This document shows, in pieces, positions 1-12,605 of a stretch of DNA of 64,000 nucleotides. The notes under the pieces are model-generated. The model searched no databases and was not told the origin of the DNA. It was given only the letters and a program-made list of their open reading frames with translations. The stretch is taken from contig JAXLNO010000230.1 in NCBI GenBank assembly GCA_038087875.1, positions 372,001 to 436,000 on the forward strand. Reading direction: 5' to 3'. The position numbers and the translations under genes are program-made. Positions within the stretch are counted from its first letter, which is position 1, and the number at the start of each line of letters is the position of its first letter. Origin of the DNA: Malacoraja senta. Taxonomy: Eukaryota.

Positions 1-1787
1 AGACGGAGAGCCACCACCTGGGTACGGACGCAAACCAGTGCCTGACCGCCCTCCTCCAACGGGAGACTCAGAACCCCTGCAGAGACTCAATGATTCTTCT
101 CTCCCCAGAAGAAGTTCACCAACCTCCTCTGGATCATGATGACAAATAAAGAGGGTGGGACCAGAGTGGCCAGCCGGTACCACAACATAGAGGCCACCAG
201 CTAGTTTATGACCAATGCTCTCAACCCGTAAGAGAGCACGCCAAGGAGGCCTGACCAACGCCCTAGCCGGGCAACGACTTTCGCCTCCAGCTCCTGCCAG
301 TTCACCGGCCAAGCCCCTTCGGTTGGACTCGGGTAGACCCCCAGGTAGAGGAAGTGCGTGATGCTCCACGCATAAGATGTCATCTCCTCCGGCAGGGAGT
401 CCACCTCCCACTAACCCACCAAGAGACCAGAACACTTCCCCCAGTTGATCCTGGCGGAGGAGGATGCAGCTGAGAAAACTTGCTGGCACTCGCGCATCCT
501 CTGCAGGTCAACAGGGTCGGTGAACATCAAAAGGACATAATCTTCGTAGGCCGAAAGAACCACCTGCACCCCCGGCCCTGGTAAAGCCAGGCCTGTCAAC
601 TGCCTACACAGATGGAATGCAGCTGGCCGGACATGGGACATCCCTGACATACCCCCCTCCTAAAGTGAATGGGGGCCAACAAAGAGCCGTTGACCTTAAC
701 AAGGCATTCCGCAGCAGCGTACAAAAGCCGGACTCGGGCCACGAAGTGCGGTCCAAATCCGAATGCCTGCAGAGTCCCAAGAAGGTAGTCATGATCCACC
801 CTGTCAAACGCCTTCTTCTGGTCAAGGGAGAGAAAGGCGACTGACTGTCCAGCCCCCTGGGACAGATGGATCAGGTCCCAAACCAAATGGATATTGTCCT
901 GGATGGACCTGGCCGGGACTGTGTAGGACTGGTCTGGGTGGATCACTTGGACCAGCACGTGACCCAGGCGGTTCGCCATTGCCCATGCAAAGACTTTGTA
1001 ATCTGTGCTGAGGAGAGAGACCGGCCGCCAGTTCTTCAAAAGGCGGAGATCGCCCTTCTTCGGTAGCAGGACAACGACGGCCCTGCGCCTCGAGAAGGGC
1101 ATCTCCCCGGTCGCCAGGCTCTCCTCCAGGACCTTCATATAGTCACCCCCCAGGACATCCCAGAAGGCTCTAAGAAACTCCACTCAGTCCATCCAGTCCT
1201 GGAGACTTGCCCCCCCCGAGCTGATGCAGGGTAGCAGTCAGTTCCTCCAGAGTTAAGGGATCATTGAGGCGCTCAGTCACCTCTTTGCACACTACGGGTA
1301 AGCCCTCCCACAGGACCCCCTGCGCATCCCCACTAGATGTATCCGCGGAGAACAGAGTCCTGTAGAAAGACCGAACCGAGGCACAGATGCTCTCTGGATC
1401 TGTGACAGAGGAGCTATCATCTGCAAGCAACTCAACAAGCTGCCTGTGGGCTCCTCGCCACTTCTCCAAAGAGAAGAAAAAGGGGGAGGCGCGGTCCAGA
1501 TCATGCAACATCTGTACTCGCGACCTCACATACGCGCCCCGGGACCTCCTAAGCTGCAAGTCCCTCAGTGCTCCCTTCTCCTGGTACTCCCGCCACTCGC
1601 ACGAGTCCCCACCAGTCCGACCCAAGCGAGACTCCGAGTCGAGCAACTCTCTCTCAAACCATCTGATCTCGGAGTCCCGCCCCATGGTCGACCCCCTCGC
1701 ATAGTCCTGGCAAAACAAATGGACGTAGGCCTTCCCCACGTCCCACCATTGCCTTAGGGAAAGGAAACGCCCCTGCCTCTCTCTCCA
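1..1787 (-). mobile_element. Tx1-clade (L1-like) non-LTR retrotransposon ORF2, RT region, degenerate; continues beyond the window start
   Basis: Minus-strand ORFs carry Tx1/L1 RT motifs: KSPGLDGL, LLPKKGDL..KNWRPVSLLSTDYK, IHPDQSY, SLDQKKAFDRVDH, RGVCQGCPMSG, SAYEDY (degenerate YADD), YLGV. There are several frameshifts. The frame joins the piece at 6751 (FWVKW|RERQGRF). Confidence 0.9.
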
Positions 1788-4700
1788 GGAGGGGAGGAGG
1801 GGAGAGAGAGGAGAGGAGAGGGGAGGGGAGGATGTGGAGGCTTTGGATAGAGTGCAGAAGAAGTTTCCCAAAATTCAGCCTGGGTTAGAAAGTGTTCACT
1901 GTAAGGAAACTGTCTCCGGTTGCAGCCGCTGCGGCCGCGCTCGCCTCCATCACCAAGCCACCTCTCCGCCCGTTGCCCCGGCTCACGTTCGCCATTGGAG
2001 CCGCGACCAAAAGGGACGGTTCCTCCTTCTTCTTCTTCCCCCTCGGAGCAGCACGCAAGGCCGACTAACTGCCGGGACTGACAGGGAAGCGGGAAGAGCC
2101 GGTGTGTGTGGGCGCCGACACCGACTCCCGGAGTAGGTTGTGTGAGGTGCCCGAGGCAAGAGCTCTCCTGCAGCCGGTTCGGCGGTGCCACGCTCCGGGA
2201 AGCCGCCAGAGCCAAGCGGACTTTGACCGGCGCTCAGCCGTGGTGCCGACCCGGGCCCAAGACGCGGGCGCCGTCGGCCGCTTCGTCCGACCCGGCTTCT
2301 GGCCGCGGTCCCGTTCGACAGGCTCCCGGCGTAGAACAGCACAGCGAGGCAGTACCGCGAACGCAGCAGCCCCCTCCGGTCAAAAACACCGGCGGCGGTA
2401 AACTAAGGCCCGACGACGGCAACTTACTTTCACCGACCACCGTACACTTCGGCCACGACAGGGCCCGCGCTGACTGTCGCTGTCCACCGGGCCGCTCCGA
2501 CCTTGGCCGTTACACAGGGACGACTTGACAACTTAACAACACCAAGGGAGGACGTTTATTATTTCCTCCAGTGTCTTATTTAGTTTTCTCATTTATCGCG
2601 ATTTTCCTTCTTTTTTTTAAAAAACTAGTAAAGCGGGGTTTTTAATCTTTTAATCTTTTTTAATCTTTTATCGCGCAAGGAAATCTCTGTGCTACCAACC
2701 AAGATCAATTTTATCGTGACTTTCTTTTTAAACTAGTAAAATAGCGTTTTATCGTGTCATCGTGCATTCCGTGCTACCAGCCGAGACCAATTTTGTGATC
2801 TTCGCTGGTAACTTACTGCTTTGAACTGTTTTTAACCTTGAAGCTTTTCCTGCCACCCAGCCCAATTGCAATATATGACATAGAATACTGTAACCTCGCT
2901 CGTGCCGTATTGGATTTCTAAAATCGAAGATTGAATTAGTACCATGCTTGGATCTGGAAGAATACGAAACACATCAACACCAGTGTTGTATTTGGTTCTG
3001 TTGATTGCCTTCTCTCAACTGGGATTGAGGATTTTCCATGAATGGGACCATGGTCCGTCAAAAATGAGTGTCCAGAAGACATACGTAAATACGTTTCGTG
3101 GAAATGGGTCGAAACACTCAGCTACCCCCTTTCTAGGCTACCTTAGAGGTCACCTACCATTGTTCATTATTGTCAATTTACTGGCTGGGGACATCAACCT
3201 CAACCCTGGCCCAAAAGGTCAGCACCGTGGACGTAAACCAAAGTACCCGTGTGGCTTGTGCTCATTTGCTGTTAAAGATTCTGGCATACAGTGCTCGATG
3301 TGCACAAGTTGGTTTCACCTGAACTGCTCCAATGTGTCAAACGACACTTTTGGTTTTCACTCCAAAAATCCAAATGCCATCTGGTTATGCCCATTGTGCG
3401 ATGTCATCAACCTTGCCAGCTCATTTTTTGACTCGTCAAGCGACCTTACAAGTATGCTCAACTTGAGCTATTCATTTGAAAGTCTCACATCTCTGAGTGA
3501 TGACCCTGATTGTGACGTATGGAATCATGAGAATTTAAGATCATCCAGCCCAAATTGTGCTGGCCACTTACCGAAAATAACACTTTAAAAAACTGCTCCT
3601 GAGTGGCCTTGTGGAACGACATCCAAAGCAACACCAGCATCCAAAGCAGAGAAAAACCCTCTGCTGAAATGTGCGAAGACAAAGGATGGCTGGACCGTTG
3701 TTGGGAAAGATGGTAAAAGTAATACCCCTGATGATGTCAATCCTCCATCCTCCCCCTACACCAGCTATCACACCCGTCAACATGTTAATGGACAAAGAAA
3801 TGCGTGTAATGGTGATGCTCAAAAGGAGATTCATGGTACCAACAAAGATATTGATCGCAATGATGTCAGCAATGAACATGGGATCAAAATCGCTGTTATA
3901 AATTGCCGCAGTATAAGAGGAAAATGTGCTGTGATCAATTCATTTATTGAAACTGAAAACCCTGATATCCTTATCGAGTCTGAATCTTGGCTGGACCCAT
4001 CAATCAAATCTGCTGAGATTTTCCCTCCTCACCTTCAAATTTTTAGAAAGGACAGAAATTCGCATGGAGGTGGTGTCTTCATCGGAGTTAACAATACCAT
4101 TCCTTGTTTTGAACGTACAGACTTAAACAGAGACTCTGAGCAAATCTGGTGTCAAGCTACACTCGAGGGTCAGTCGTTATAGATCGGAAGCTTTTACCGA
4201 CCACCTGACATGAAAACGGAGCCTCTTTTAGACCTTGGATCAATCATCTCCAAAATTAATGCCTCGTCACGCTCTCCACTTATCATCCTGGGGGGCATTT
4301 CAATGTCCCAGGTGTAGATTGGTCTGACGGCATACAAAGTGAACCAAAGGGAGCTCTCCAGGAAGCCCTAGCTGACCTTACTCTGGAAAATCGCCTGTCC
4401 CAAAAAGTCACTTTCCCTACCAGACGTGATGAGACAAGTGGCACCGAAAATACTCTAGATTTATTGTTCACTTCTCACCCAGATTTAATTTCGGAAGTTT
4501 CATCGTGTGCTGGAATTAGCGACCATTATATTATCCAAGCAAAACTGCACACAAAGCTTAAAGTTCCTTCAAAGCCACCGCATAAAATTTCCCTCTGGAA
4601 AAAAGTGAACAGCGAGGAATTTAAAGTCTTAGCAAAAAAACTGGGAAAAGATTTCTTCAACCTGCAACCAGATAAAAGATCCGTAAATGACAACTGGGTG

Positions 4701-6750
4701 TGGCTGAGAAACTCTTTAAATAATATTGTTACAAATCATGTTCCTCAAAAACTCATTAAGGGCCGTATGCGTCCTCCTTGGTTTTCGGCAAAACTGAAAC
4801 GTCTCTGCAGTAAGAAAGAGAAGTCTTATATCCGTACCAAAAAAAGGGGTACAAAACTGGACTGGGACAATTTTACTAGAATGCGAAAGCAAGTCGATCG
4901 TGCTATTAGGAGTGCTCATAGACAACATGTTTCTTCTATTCTTGGGGGAGAGCAACCCAAGGCTTTTTGGAGATATGTGAAATCCAGACGGACAGACAAC
5001 ACTGGTGTCCAGATGCTTAAAGTGAACAACTGTCTGATCACTGAGGACCAGGCGAAAGCAGAAGCTCTTGCAAACCAATTCCAACACGTTTTCACCCGGG
5101 AAGATATGGAGCCTTCATTATTTCCAGTTCTACCACCCAGCCCGTATGCTGATATGCCTGCTATTTAAATTGAGGTTGAAGGTGTCAAGAAGTTATTGCT
5201 CAACATCAATACCACAAAAGCAATTGGACCAGATCAGATACAGAATCAAGCCCTCAAGATCGCGGCCGAAGAACTGGCTCCAGTTTTGCAGTTCATTTTC
5301 CAACAATCGCTTGACTCAGGTGATGTTCCGCTGGATTGGAGGAAGGCTAACGTCACTCCTCTCTTTAAGAAGGGTTCAACCACCAACCCAGCGAATTACC
5401 GTCCTGTTTCATTATCAAGTACTTGCTGCAAATTACTGGAGCATGTAATTGATAGTAATCTGATGCGACACGTGAGCAAACATAATATTCTTGCTGACAA
5501 CCAACATGCATTTAGGAGGCATAGATCATGTGAGTCTCAGCTTATCCTGACGACAAATGACCTGGCCAAACATCTTGATGGTAATGTCATCACGGATTTA
5601 GTAGTGCTGGACTATTCTAAAGCATTTGATGTCATCCCACACCAGAGACTGCTTCGGAAGCTTGACTTCTATGGTATTCGTTCCAACACGAAACGATGGA
5701 TTTCCAGTTTCCTGACAAAACGTCTTCAGCGTGTGTGTGTGAACGGAAAGAGCTCCAATTGGCATCCAGTGTTGAGTGGTACACCTCAGGGCACAGTACT
5801 TGGCCCACATCTGTTTTTGCTTTACATAAACGACATCCATGAAAAAGTCGCAAGCACGACCAGACTATTCGCTGATGATTGTTTGCTGTACCGTCCAATT
5901 AAGTCAGCTGATGATGAAGATGCTCTCCAAAAGGACCTTGATACAATGGTTGAGTGGTCACACCAATGGGGCATGCAGTTCACCCCTTCCAAATGTGAAA
6001 CCATGCGTGTCACCAGAAAGAGGAATCCAGGCGAAACATCGTACAATATACTTGGTACCACCCTTGAAGAATCCAAACAAACCAAGTATCTTGGCATCAA
6101 ATTGCAGAATGATCTGCGTTGGAATGGTCAGACTCATCATGCAACGGTGAACATAACAGGTGTCCTAAATTTTCTGAGGCGCAACTTTCATCATTGTTCA
6201 ACTTCTGTCAAGGAGAAGCTATACTTCACCCTCGTTAGACCTCATTTGGACTACGCAGTTGCAGCATGGGACCCATACACAAATAAAAACATTTCTTCCA
6301 TCGAACGTGTCCAAAGACAGGCAGCTCGATTTGTTACTAACACCTATGAGAGAGAAGCGAGTGTTACCAAACTTCTGAATTCTCTGGGGTGGAACCCTCT
6401 CCAAGACAGACGTGAAGCTCACCGTTTGACCTGTTTTTACAAAATGGTCAGCTCGACATAGATTACAAGACCTACACCAAACCCAAACCAATTAGGAGCA
6501 GACGAGGGCATTCGATCCAATTTGTGATTCCAGCCACCAAGACAAATGTGTACAGCAATTCATTCTTCCCCCGCACAATTAAAGCATGGAATAATCTCCA
6601 CCCTACTTTAGTTACCCAACCAGATGCAACTAAATTTAAGGTAGCTCTTTCTTCCCAAAAACCCTTTCTGGCTTAAGTCCTCCCTCAACCACCTCCAGTT
6701 TAAATTCCATTTGGAATATTTTGGAGGACCAAGAAACCAAGAACCAAGAA
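1788..6750 (+). mobile_element. Apparently full-length (~4.96 kb) CR1/L2-group LINE with a single PHD-APE-RT ORF, inserted into the Tx1 element
   Basis: Tx1 coding sequence is interrupted at 1787 and resumes at 6751, with CCA on both sides. The insert has a GGA-rich 5' end, a GC-rich 5' UTR, an ORF from 2944 and a 3' (CCAAGAA)n tail at 6729-6750. Confidence 0.88.
2944..6600 (+). pseudogene. Disrupted LINE polyprotein: hydrophobic leader, 2A-like motif, PHD finger, AP endonuclease, reverse transcriptase
   Basis: Motifs seen: LLAGDINLNPGP (3178-3213); PHD C-x2-C...IQCSMCTSWFHLNC...WLCPLC; APE INCRSIRGK, ESWL, RKDRNSHGGGVFI, SDH; RT NYRPVSL, LDYSKAFD, GTPQGTVLGP, LFADD, KYLG. Segments starting at 2944 and 3931 share a frame. 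Stops occur at 3586, 4180 and 5166, and frameshifts near 4290 and 6450. Confidence 0.88.
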
Positions 6751-9378
6751 CCACTTCACCCAGAACTTCCTGAACGAATCCCGGAATCAACGATCCTCCA
6801 GCAGCCGGTTATTAAAATGCCAATGCGCGGACCCTGCCTGTGTGCACGATGGGATAAAGTCCACTCGCACCAGGCAGTGGTCCGAGCACGGCACCGGCCA
6901 CATGGAGGCCGTCGAGACACAGGAGACCTAGGCCTTGGAAACGTACAAGTGGTCAATACGGAACCACCACCCTCGAACAGAGAGTGGTGAATCTGTGGAA
7001 TTCTCTGCCACAGAAGGTAGTTGAGGCCAGTTCATTGGCTATATTTAAGAGGGAGTTAGATGTGGCCCTTGTGGCTAAAGGGATCAGGGGGTATGGAGAG
7101 AAGGCAGGGATGGGATACTGAGTTGGATGATCAGCCATGATCATATCAAATGGCGGTGCAGGCTCGAAGGGCCGAACGGCCTACTCCTGCACCTATTTTC
7201 TATGTTTCTATGTTTCTATGAACCTGTACGAGAAGGCACTAGAGTCAGGATGGAAATTCCTCCACGCATCGACCAGCTCAAAAGATTCTACCAGTTCTCT
7301 TAGAGTCTTGACTGCTGCCGGGTCACGCTGAACGCCAGAGCGATCTCTCGCCTCGAGGGAACAATTAAAATCTCGCCCAAGGAAAACACACTCTCCAGGG
7401 TCGATGGTATTCAACAAAATAGTCACCTCCCGGGTTAGGAGTGTCTGCATTGCGGGGCATACACATTAATAAAGTGTAACGGCACGGCATGGCCAGATAC
7501 AGCAACCGTGTACAATTTGCTGCACCTTGAGGATCTCCGGCTGGAAAGATGGGGCCAATAGGAAAGCCACTCCACTCGAATTGAAGTTAAGATGGCTCAT
7601 GTAGACCCCCCCCTTCCCACTCCAGGAGCCACAGTGTGTGTTTCCTGCAAGAAGCTCACCGCGTACCTCATGTCCCTGAGCACCGAGAGGTGGTGAAACC
7701 TACGGAGAGACCCCCTGCCCCATTGATATTCAGGGTGGCTATAGTGAGCTTCATTTTGAATTTACACTAGATCTTTACCAGCATCCGGTGAAGGAGTGGA
7801 ACCGCCCCTAGCCATCTGCCCTATCTTTAGGGCTTTAAAAAGTACTTGGAACTGGCGCCGCTCATTTTTCGTGAGACCTGCCTCCTTTCCTTTCTTCTGA
7901 AGGATAGCATAAATGGACTGCATGGGTCCCGCCAAGTCCGACCAACGGTCAGAAGCCAACTGCGCCTTATTCCGACTCCCTCTGGAATCCTTCAAGAACT
8001 GCCGGATTTCCCAGACCTCAACAAGTCGAGACACGGGGCCGCGGGTAGGACAGTCCGTCAATTCACTGTCGACGGAGTCCGCATCACCCTCCTCCCCGCA
8101 CTCAATGTCCGAGTCTGAGTCCGGACAGCTCCTACTCTGACTGTGACAAGCTGCCTGGTGAATGGCCAGTCTCTCGCACGCTCCCACCGGATTGGGGACA
8201 GTGAAGTCGGAGGAAATCTCCGGGGCTGGCATTGAACGGACCTGTCTAGAGTCCGACCGGAGGATACAATCCGAAAAGACCCTGCCCTTCTCCGCACCCA
8301 TGGTACCCGCCCCAGCACCGTCACCCAAAGAGTCCCCGACCTCCACCACCAGGGGAATCACCTCACTGTGGCATTCGGGCCGATACTCCTAAAGTCTCCC
8401 CTCATTCGGTGGGGCAGCACACCACTCATCTGGGTTTGTAGCCTCAATGGGGAGCACAGGCAGGGGACCCACCCCCACACTCGTCTTCCCCTTCAGGCTG
8501 CCCCTGGTCATCCTGTAAGCCAAGGGACGCTTTCTCTAGAGGAACAGCTTCCATGGGTAGTGCGCTGGCACCCTCAGGTAGTCCCTCTACTACAGAGGCA
8601 TCCTCCAGCTCAGAGGAAGTGTGCCCTGGGTACTCCACCTCGACAGGGGGTGAAGGTCCCCTTCAGATTGCCCCTGGACTTCAAGGCCGTAGTCCATATC
8701 GGACCCATGCCTACTCCTCTTCCAGCCACTGGCGTGCGGTGGTACAGTGAGCTCCATTGCGGAAGCCTCTGCCTCCTCACTACATCCATCGCCACAGGTA
8801 CAGGACATGGGGGGGGGAAGGGGGGTTGGGGGTAATGGAGCATTGCCTTTCCGGGCCACTGTGGTAGAACTGACAGCCCCAGATGGGCCAGCAGTGCTTT
8901 CCTGGGCCACCGTGGTAGAACTGGCAGCCCGGGCTCTGGGACAATTCCTGCGAAAATGTCCCACTTCTTTGCAAGCATGACATCGCATCGAGTTCCAGAA
9001 CACGGTATAGGAGAAACCATCCAATTCCACATTGAACCTCCCCTCCGCGTGCATCCCCTGTGCCAACTGTATATACACGCAGCGCTTAAAAGTATATATA
9101 TGTCTAGGATCATCAAACCTGTACAACTGTTTGGTGAGCCCCGACCGCACCTCCCCAAGCCTGTTTAGATGTGGGAGCAGGAGTTCACCTGGAATAAAAG
9201 TGGGAACGTTGGACAAAATGACCGGCATCATGGGACCCCACCATGGGTCCACTGCCATGAAATTCCCGCCCGCCGTTACCCCCCTTTCCAGCGCTAGAGC
9301 CACCGCCTGTTCGGTCTTTAGTATACATACAAACTTCCCACTTCCCACCGCGCCTGAGACTATGGCTTCCCTGCCAAT
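6751..9378 (-). mobile_element. Tx1-clade LINE: 5'-truncated ORF1 (CCHC zinc knuckle) and start of ORF2 (AP endonuclease)
   Basis: ORF1 contains CHACKEVGHFRRNC and stops at 7762. ORF2 starts at ATG 7754 (MKLTIATLNINGAG...FLQETH), with GRDFNC, LVDAWR and HWHFNNRLLED downstream. The 5' end abuts a (CA)n tract. Confidence 0.88.
6979..7219 (+). mobile_element. CR1 3'-end fragment nested in the Tx1 endonuclease region
   Basis: Encodes QRVVNLWNSLP...GIRGYGEKAG and ends in a (CTATGTTT)n tail, with GAAC on both flanks. It is closely similar to the 3' ends of the CR1 copies at 23137 and 60642. Confidence 0.9.
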
Positions 9379-9417
<39 letters not shown>

Positions 9418-9447
9418 CACACACACGCACACGCACGCACGCACACA

Positions 9448-9489
<42 letters not shown>

Positions 9490-9500
9490 ACAGACAGACA
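9379..9500. repeat. (CA)n microsatellite followed by (CAGA)n
   Basis: Directly visible imperfect dinucleotide tract. Confidence 0.95.
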
Positions 9501-10048
9501 GCGGGCGCAGGGAAAGTGGGGGAGCGCTGTCTGAAATTCACACCCGCGATGAACAGGATGGTAAAAGACGGCTGCACAGTGTACGGTAAGTCCTTTAGAG
9601 AGCGCGGGGGGGGGGGGGGAGAGAAATGGAGAGACTTTTAAGAAGCCAGACAACTTATAATAAACTTTAGCCACCATTTTACCTACCGGTCACTTTTCCT
9701 TGGTTCTGAAAACTCCAATGAGCCAATTAAAATGCCCGGTCAGCGAAGGAGATTGCCTACGGCTTCCCTCGACTCCCAATAACTACATAGCGACCCCACT
9801 TCACTGCACTACGAGTTTAAAAGAACCATGCCGACCAATTTTTACTCGCGGAAAATTTTTCAGCATGCTGAACATTTTTCCTCGACCAAACTGAGGCCGC
9901 GAGTATGCGGGAACTTCCCTCGAGCATGAAGGAGAGTTCCAGTGACCTCATAGGACCTCCTAGGACCACGTGTCGACCATGCTGCGAGTTTGAGTCGAGG
10001 ACAAACTTCTAAACTCGCAGATTAGGTAGCCGCAGTGGGACAGCCCCT
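9500..10048. mobile_element. Part of a non-autonomous PIF/Harbinger-like DNA element; only one TIR is visible
   Basis: Ends in GTGGGACAGCCCCT followed by TAA. This terminus type is shared with the MITEs at 50451 and 52811. Confidence 0.6.
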
Positions 10049-12274
10049 TAACTCCGAGAGGCCGCCATCTGAAGGGCGTGACACAAAAAGCAAAAGTATC
10101 AGTACATCTTAAATCAAAATCAAAAAACAGTCTTTCTGCTGTTGTTGCACGTCCACGCTTTGCAGCAGTCTTGTGAAGTTCTGTTTTGAGCAGCAACTAA
10201 AGCAAAGTTGGCCAAACAAGTGAAAACTTGACAATCCACCAGCCGCTTCTGCTCCTACAACGTTCCTGTACTCTCGGCCTTTTGAAGCAGCGCCCGATCC
10301 AACCGAGCCCCTCTAATCCGACAACTCGACCACTGCGACACCCCCTCAACATGGGGCCGTCCCTCTCGCCTCCGATGGCCCATGCTTGCCCTCCATGCTC
10401 CGGGGCGTCTCTCACAGCCGACCTCACTGTCCGACCGTTAAACCGTCGCTCTGTGGAGGTTTTGACCACATCTGGATGGGCCTTCACTCCACGTTTCAAC
10501 TCCGCACAGCGGTCTCTCTGTCATGCATGCGAATAGGACACTCCGGGAGGGAGGGGTACTCCAGCGTTCGCGGTTTATGAGGAGTGGCGGCGGCTGCCGG
10601 CCGACTGGTGCCCTGCAGCCGCCCGGTGCCTGGTAGAGAAAGTAGAGAAATTGAAGGGGTTAAAGGCTAATAATATCCACTTCCAAAAAACAAAGTGCTA
10701 ATGTTACCCGTGGGTTAGCAAACGTCTGTGGAGGGAAATGGGCAGTCAATGATTCGGGTCATCTGATAAGAAAGAGGAATGGAACCAAATAAGTGAGGCC
10801 TGTTGAGAAGATCAGAATATACAATTAAGATGGAGACGAAGAAAGGATAAGATGGATAATGGGAGAAGAGGTGACATTTCAAATCAGATACTTGTTCAGA
10901 CGAATCCCAACTCAAAACATCACCTGGGGGTCCTACCCCAAAACGTCACCTGAGTCTGAAGAACTCGGTACATAGATCATTGATAGTTATAAATACTAAT
11001 GAAAACCTCTAATTGTCTTATCTCTTAAGCCAAGAGAGAATGGCTCTGTCAGGTGTCCATGTCCTCCAGAGATGGTGCCCGATCCTCTGAATTGCTCCAG
11101 CACTTTGTTTTTTTCTTATAAACCAGATTCTTTGGTATCCATTATTCTATTTTTGTGAATATGCTATTTTAATCAATGCTAATTTTCCTTTTTATTGTGA
11201 AATATTTGTATTTCCCAAATAAAATTGTGATTCCTTTTTAAAGCTCTCACACGACCTTGCATTTCAGAGCCAGAAACAATGTTTCATTTCAGCAATTCTT
11301 GCAAGAAAGTTATATTCCTTTGGACTTCCCCGGTTGAAGAAAGAACCATTCCATGATTATTCCATTCCAGCACTTGGATTCTATCTTAAGTATAAAACAG
11401 CATCTGCAGTTTCTTTGTACGCATTCCATATTTAACATGTTCATTTTCTGAACATAATATTAATGTCAGATTCACCTCTTTAACTCTTCTTTTTGCGAAA
11501 ATATAATATATTCACTAATTTTCTCACAATACATCAGACTTCTCACTTCATATTTCATGCTGATGAATCTTTGTTGGATTTTCTCCAAGGATATTCTTGA
11601 GATGGAGCAGTGAGTACTGATGCTCTGACCCAGTTGAGCTTTGAGTTATGTTATGAATACTTTCAGTCACATTTATTTGCTTTAATATTCCGTTGCTTTT
11701 GTGATGTAATAAAGAAGTCAATCAGCTTTCCATTAGTATTTACGACTATCAATGATCTATGTACTTGGATCCTTTTTTTAAATCATCAGTATTTACCCTT
11801 TTAAATCAAACTATCATTAGTTATTCTTGTGTCCATTGTAAATATTCTAGGATGTTCTTTTAATTTGTACCCAAAATTTAAAAGGGATAATCCATTAATT
11901 ATCAGACAATCACAGATTGATTGTAAATGCAATAAACAGCTATATTTGGTACTTTACGTGAGAACCCAAAACAGGTTAATAGTTTAGAACATGGAATTTT
12001 GAATGATTTGAACCTAAATTCAAAAGTAACTTTTCCAATAATTTTGTACAATGCCTCCATGTTAAATAATTATTTTTATACTATGAAACCAGGATGTTTT
12101 ATGTTTCCACTTCCAAACTTCAAATAGGATTCACATAATAAACAATAGTTAAAAGATAATACTGCCACAAGATAAGGTGACAAAAAGAGTCTGATTAATC
12201 ATTTTCTTACCATGCATTTGACTGCAATAAGCAGTCTCTGCCATTGCTAGGCCTAGCTCATTTAATTGAGACAC

Positions 12275-12475
12275 AAAAAATTGCAGATGTTGGTTTCAAG
12301 ATGCAAAGTGCTGGAGTAACTCTGCTGGTCAGGCAGCATTTCTGGCGAACATGGATAGGAGATGTTTTGGGTCGGGATCCAGTCTGAAGAAGAGTCCTGA
12401 ACTGAAACATCACCTAGTCATGTTACCCAGAGATGCTGCCTGCCCCACTGAGTTTCTCCAGCACTTTCTGTCTAA
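12275..12475. mobile_element. Palindromic Penelope-derived non-autonomous repeat
   Basis: Inverted arms (tgctggagtaactc...ggcagcat / atgctgcc...ctccagcac) flank AGTCTGAAGAAGAGTCCTGAACTGAAACATCACC. Confidence 0.75.
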
Positions 12476-12605
12476 TTTCATTGAGATGTGGTTTCACATC
12501 TGAAGTAATAATGAATGCTTGTTTCATTGCATAAACTGGCAGAATTATGAGATTTTAGGTTAAAAATTTTGGTTAAAAATTAAACCTAACTCTTTTCTCC
12601 AACAG

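Noticed and set aside
1983..2528. Overlapping Arg/Pro/Gly-rich ORFs; similar ones at 28554-28999 and 47038-47436
   Set aside because: These are stop-poor GC-rich sequences with no domain motifs.
3240..3400. PHD finger as a possible KDM4 exon
   Set aside because: It lies inside a LINE ORF, is in frame with the endonuclease and does not resemble KDM4 PHD sequence.
9032..9677. ORFs rich in CV/HT dipeptides
   Set aside because: They are translations of the (CA)n microsatellite.
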